From assembly GCA_002938075.1 (NCBI GenBank), contig PTLK01000001.1, forward strand, positions 1-46,812: a stretch of 46,812 nt of DNA, read 5' to 3'. The position numbers and the translations under genes are program-made. Source of the DNA: Alphaproteobacteria bacterium MarineAlpha3_Bin3. GTDB lineage: Bacteria > Pseudomonadota > Alphaproteobacteria > Rhodospirillales > Casp-alpha2. A model generated the notes under the pieces. That model was not told the origin of the DNA and ran no database searches. It saw only the letters and a program-made list of their open reading frames with translations. This document shows positions 45,226 through 46,812 of this stretch, in pieces. Each line of letters opens with the position of its first letter. The first letter of the stretch is position 1.

Positions 45226-46812
45226 CGGTCTTCTCCGGATAAAGCCGCTCCTTGAACGGCTCGGCGCCGACCCGGCGGTAGGTGTCGAGGAATCGTTCGC
45301 CGTCGGCGCGTAGCTTCACATAGGTGGTGACAACCGTTTCCACCGCGTCGACAACGTCGTCGGACGAGAACGCCGGCCCGACGACGTCGCCGATGGTGGC
45401 ATCCATGGCAGGGTTGCCGCCGAGGGTAATCTGGTAGTACTCCTCGCCCTTGCGTTCAACGCCGAGGATGCCGATGTGCCCGACGTGGTGGTGGCCGCAG
45501 GCGTTGATGCAGCCCGAAATCTTCAGCCTCAGCTCGCCGATGTCCAGTTGCCGGTCGAGATCGGCGAAGCGCTTCCCGATACGCTGCGCCACCGGGATCG
45601 AGCGGGCGTTGGCGAGGCCGCAGTAATCGAGCCCCGGGCAGCAGATCATGTCGCCGATGAGGCTCAGGTTCGGGGTCGCGAAACCGATTTCGTCGAGCGC
45701 CCGCCAAAGCCGGTAGAGGTCGGCCTCCTTGACATGGGCGAATACCAGGTTCTGTTCGTGGGTGACGCGGATCTCGCCGAGGCTGTAGCGGTCGGCCAGG
45801 TCGGCGACAGCGTCCATCTGCTCCGCCGTCGCGTCGCCCGGCACACCGCCGGTGGGTTTAAGGGTTAGATTGACGATGGCGTATCCGGGTTGTTTGTGGG
45901 CGGCGACGTTGGTGCGGGCCCAGCGGGCGAAGGCCAGGCTCTCGAACTTGTGGATGTCGAACGCCCGGGGGTCGGATTCCACCGTCTCAAAGGGCGGCGG
46001 CGCGAAGTGGGCCGCGACCCGGTCGATCTCGGCCTGGGGCAGCTTCAGGGGCCCGTCCTTGATCTGGTTCCACTCCTCCTCGACCAGCTTCTGCATCTCG
46101 TCGATGCCGAGCTTGTAGACCAGGATCTTGAGCTTGGCCTTGAAGATGTTGTCGCGCCGCCCCATCAGGTTGTAGATGCGCATGATCGCTTCCAGGTAGC
46201 TCAAGAGATCGTGCCGGGGCAGGAACTCGCGGACGGTCTGGGCGATCATCGGCGTCCGCCCCTGGCCGCCGCCGATGATAATCTCGAAACCGGTCTCGAC
46301 AGCATCGTTCTTCTTCAGGATGACGCCGATGTCGTGGAACTTGGCCGCCGTGCGGTCATTGGGCGAGCCGGTGACGGCGATCTTGAATTTCCTCGGCAGG
46401 TACGAGAACTCGGGATGCAGCGCCCCCCACTGGCGGATGATCTCGGCGTAGGGGCGCGAATCATCGATCTCGTCGGCGCTGACGCCGGCGTACTGGTCGG
46501 CGGTGACGTTGCGGAACGAGTTGCCGCTGGTCTGGATGGCGTGCATCTGGACCTCGGCCAACTCGGCCAGGATTTCCGGCGTATCCTCCAGCTTCGGCCA
46601 GTTGAACTGGATGCACTGGCGGGTCGTGAAGTGGCCGTAGCCGCGGTCGTAGGTGCGCGCGATATGGGCGAGCTTACGAAGCTGCGTCGACGACAGCATG
46701 CCGTAGGGAATGGCGATCCGAAGCATGTAGGCATGGAGCTGGATGTAAAGCCCGTTCATCAGCCGCAAGGGCTTGAACTCGTCCTCGGTGATCTCGCCGG
46801 CCATCCGCCGGG
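45212..46812 (-). CDS. cysI: assimilatory sulfite reductase hemoprotein (NIR_SIR family), 5' end outside the window
   Basis: FKPLRLMNGLYIQLHAYMLRIAIPYG, siroheme/4Fe-4S Cys cluster CPGLDYCGLA...ISGCINACGHHH. The frame is open to the window edge. Confidence 0.88.
   Translation of the reverse strand, partial: RRMAGEITEDEFKPLRLMNGLYIQLHAYMLRIAIPYGMLSSTQLRKLAHIARTYDRGYGHFTTRQCIQFNWPKLEDTPEILAELAEVQMHAIQTSGNSFRNVTADQYAGVSADEIDDSRPYAEIIRQWGALHPEFSYLPRKFKIAVTGSPNDRTAAKFHDIGVILKKNDAVETGFEIIIGGGQGRTPMIAQTVREFLPRHDLLSYLEAIMRIYNLMGRRDNIFKAKLKILVYKLGIDEMQKLVEEEWNQIKDGPLKLPQAEIDRVAAHFAPPPFETVESDPRAFDIHKFESLAFARWARTNVAAHKQPGYAIVNLTLKPTGGVPGDATAEQMDAVADLADRYSLGEIRVTHEQNLVFAHVKEADLYRLWRALDEIGFATPNLSLIGDMICCPGLDYCGLANARSIPVAQRIGKRFADLDRQLDIGELRLKISGCINACGHHHVGHIGILGVERKGEEYYQITLGGNPAMDATIGDVVGPAFSSDDVVDAVETVVTTYVKLRADGERFLDTYRRVGAEPFKERLYPEKTDAAA

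Overview
High-GC alphaproteobacterial (Rhodospirillales-like) chromosomal window, almost entirely coding. Contents, left to right:

- **23-1749:** tRNA-Asn, then an array of palindromic repeats, a low-GC hypothetical ORF and a secreted HExxH protein.
- **1849-8236, cyclic-nucleotide signalling neighbourhood:** a 36-aa tandem-repeat coiled-coil protein, a CyaB1-like GAF-GAF-PAS class III cyclase, a degenerate receiver protein, a stand-alone cNMP-binding protein and a CHASE2 cyclase.
- **8554-9176:** a decayed type I secretion remnant.
- **9356-13115:** an orphan MotA/MotB-like stator pair, an MBL-fold hydrolase and rpoH.
- **13555-37338, large hopanoid (hpn) locus:**
  - MlaA-like protein and two MlaC/HpnM paralogs
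  - hpnL and hpnN
  - hpnA, ispH and hpnH
  - hpnG-shc-hpnE-hpnD-hpnB-hpnC, led by a Tat-signal MlaC-like gene
- **37456-46812, ordinary catabolic and assimilatory genes:**
  - DadA-like FAD oxidoreductase
  - Fe-ADH/HOT-like enzyme and a D-2-hydroxyacid dehydrogenase
  - Ldh_2 family protein
  - split UxaA dehydratase
  - DUF934 and partial sulfite reductase

**Main finding.** A phosphonate / activated-head-group module sits inside the hpn locus. It consists of a truncated PEP-mutase remnant, phosphonopyruvate decarboxylase, three small CDP-alcohol phosphatidyltransferase paralogs (one frameshifted, lying between hpnN and hpnL), a LicC-like nucleotidyltransferase behind hpnA, a PhyH dioxygenase and an EamA transporter. 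I read this as a candidate make-flip-export line for a head-group-modified membrane lipid, either a phosphonolipid or a modified hopanoid. It is partly decayed in this genome.

**Second finding.** A roughly 265-nt, strongly nested inverted-repeat element lies at 25180-25444 and overlaps the EamA stop codon.

All functional calls rest on motif and family recognition by eye. No database search was run.
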